Shown: in pieces, positions 52,277 to 53,412 of the stretch
Layout of the letters: the number at the start of each line of letters is the position of its first letter
How positions within the stretch are numbered: position 1 is the stretch's first letter
Assembly (NCBI GenBank): GCA_029859385.1
Contig: JAOUDF010000001.1
Span: 1-53,412, forward strand
Reading direction: 5' to 3'
DNA from: Nitrospirota bacterium
GTDB lineage: Bacteria > Nitrospirota > JAOUDF01
Length of the DNA stretch: 53,412 nucleotides
Program-made: the position numbers and the translations under genes
The notes under the pieces: model-generated
Database searches by the model: none
Told to the model about the DNA's origin: nothing
Seen by the model: only the letters and a program-made list of their open reading frames with translations

Positions 52277-53412
52277 TTGCGAAATATAACCCTTAAAAAG
52301 AACGAAGAACGCCGCGTCCTCGGTGGTCATCCGTGGATATTCAGCAATGAGATTGCCGATGGCCTGAAGCAGATCGCGCCGGGCGAAGTTGTGGAGATAT
52401 ACGACTGGCGCGGCCGATTTGTGGGGAGGGGGTATGCCAACCCCCGGTCGCTCATTGCGGTAAGGATACTGAGCCGCGACCGGGCCACGGCAATAGGTCG
52501 GGATTTTTTCCGGCAGCGGCTGGAAGAGGCCCTTGCCTATCGACGTCGCGTGGCGCCTGGCGAAACCGCGTATCGCCTGGTATTCGGAGAGGGTGACTTT
52601 CTGCCGGGACTTATCATCGACCGCTACGGCGATTATCTGGTGATCCAGAGCCTTACCGCCGGCATGGAGCAGTGGCTGGAGGTGATCGCCGATATCCTCG
52701 AAGAGCTTCTTTCGCCTGTTGCCATTATCCTTCGGAACGATGCATCGGTGCGAGAGCTGGAGGGGATGCCGCAGGAGAAAAGGGTCTTGAGGGGCACGCT
52801 TGAAGGGCCGGTGGAGATACGGGAAGGGGGGCTGCGGCTTCGGGTGAATCTGCTGGAAGGGCAGAAGACCGGCTTCTTTCTCGACCAGCGGGAGAACCGG
52901 TTTGTGCTGGAGAAGGAAAGCCGGGGGCTGCGCGTGCTGGACTGCTTTACCTATGTGGGTGCATGGGCTCTACATGCCGCCCTTGGGGGTGCGACAGAGG
53001 TGATCGGGCTGGATGCCTCGGCCCGGGCGGTGGAGGATGCCACGGCCAACGCGGCGCTGAACGGTCTGGAGAACATCTGCCGGTTTGGCCGGGCGGATGT
53101 CTTTGATGAGCTGCCCCGTCTTGCAGCGGCCGGGGAGAAGTTCGATTGCGTGGTCCTCGACCCCCCTGCCTTTGTAAAGAGCAAGGCCAAGATAAAGGAG
53201 GCGGTGAAAGGGTACCGCGAAATAAACCTCCGGGGGCTCAAGCTTATTGAACCCGGTGGCCTGCTTGTTACCTGTTCATGTTCCTATCATATTGACAGAA
53301 GCACCTTTCTCGCTATCATAGCCGATGCCGCCGCCGATGCGGGGCGACGTCTCCGTCTCGTGGAATGCAGATCGCAAGGGCGGGACCACCCGGTAAACCC
53401 GGCGGTGCCGGA
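52277..53412 (+). CDS. RlmI/RlmK-type SAM-dependent rRNA (cytosine-C5) methyltransferase with PUA-like N-domain (3' end cut by window edge)
   Basis: Own translation from TTG 52277 (an in-frame TAG lies at 52259): LRNITLKKNEERRVLGGHPWIFSNEI...GFFLDQRENR...VLDCFTYVGAWALHAA...VVLDPPAFVKSK...LLVTCSCSYHI. The frame is open to the last base. Not in the supplied ORF track because it lacks a stop. Confidence 0.8.
   Translation, partial: MRNITLKKNEERRVLGGHPWIFSNEIADGLKQIAPGEVVEIYDWRGRFVGRGYANPRSLIAVRILSRDRATAIGRDFFRQRLEEALAYRRRVAPGETAYRLVFGEGDFLPGLIIDRYGDYLVIQSLTAGMEQWLEVIADILEELLSPVAIILRNDASVRELEGMPQEKRVLRGTLEGPVEIREGGLRLRVNLLEGQKTGFFLDQRENRFVLEKESRGLRVLDCFTYVGAWALHAALGGATEVIGLDASARAVEDATANAALNGLENICRFGRADVFDELPRLAAAGEKFDCVVLDPPAFVKSKAKIKEAVKGYREINLRGLKLIEPGGLLVTCSCSYHIDRSTFLAIIADAAADAGRRLRLVECRSQGRDHPVNPAVP

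Overview
GC-rich 53.4-kb chromosomal window. Every gene I can support is on the + strand. Gene content and a recurrent GTCATTCCGGCGAAAGCCGGAATCCAG-type palindromic repeat suggest a Geobacter/Desulfuromonadales-like deltaproteobacterium (inference only). Left to right: (1) 2-7768, a nucleotide-sugar island: TPR/GT41-like glycosyltransferase, CDP-glucose synthase and 4,6-dehydratase, C-methyltransferase, 3,5-epimerase, formyltransferase, CmcI-type methyltransferase, DegT aminotransferase. (2) 7816-20993, flagellar late and export genes (fliD, flgN-like, fliC, flaG, fliS, flgM-like, flhB, flhA, flhF, flhG, HDOD, fliA) with readable sigma-28 and sigma-54 promoters and a CsrA-type flagellin leader. 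(3) 20998-27082, a c-di-GMP block: two small unknowns, two tandem 351-aa HD-GYP paralogues, a FliK-like protein, REC-GGDEF. (4) 27191-32902, housekeeping genes (Nudix, PepF, rpsB-tsf-pyrH-frr). (5) 32967-43809, an atypical T2SS/T4P-hybrid machine: TPR lipoprotein, GspF, GspE, PilM/N/O/P-like proteins, a 911-aa secretin with a Pro/Ala linker and a C-terminal cohesin-like domain, and three GspG-like pseudopilins. (6) 44204-50217, a 1902-aa Sec-signal SpvB/FG-GAP/TcdB-mid/RHS polymorphic toxin whose C-terminal cargo looks like an ADP-ribosyl-cyclase/CD38-fold NADase, plus an overlapping candidate immunity gene. (7) 50404-52218, a Y1 (IS200/RAYT-like) transposase bracketed by perfect 26-bp hairpin-forming inverted repeats, and a higBA pair. 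(8) 52277 to the window end, a 3'-truncated RlmI-type methyltransferase. The most novel-looking part is the neighbourhood of the T2SS-like machine, the secretin-cohesin fusion and the signal-peptide RHS/ARC-like toxin. All family calls come from motif recognition by eye; no searches were run.
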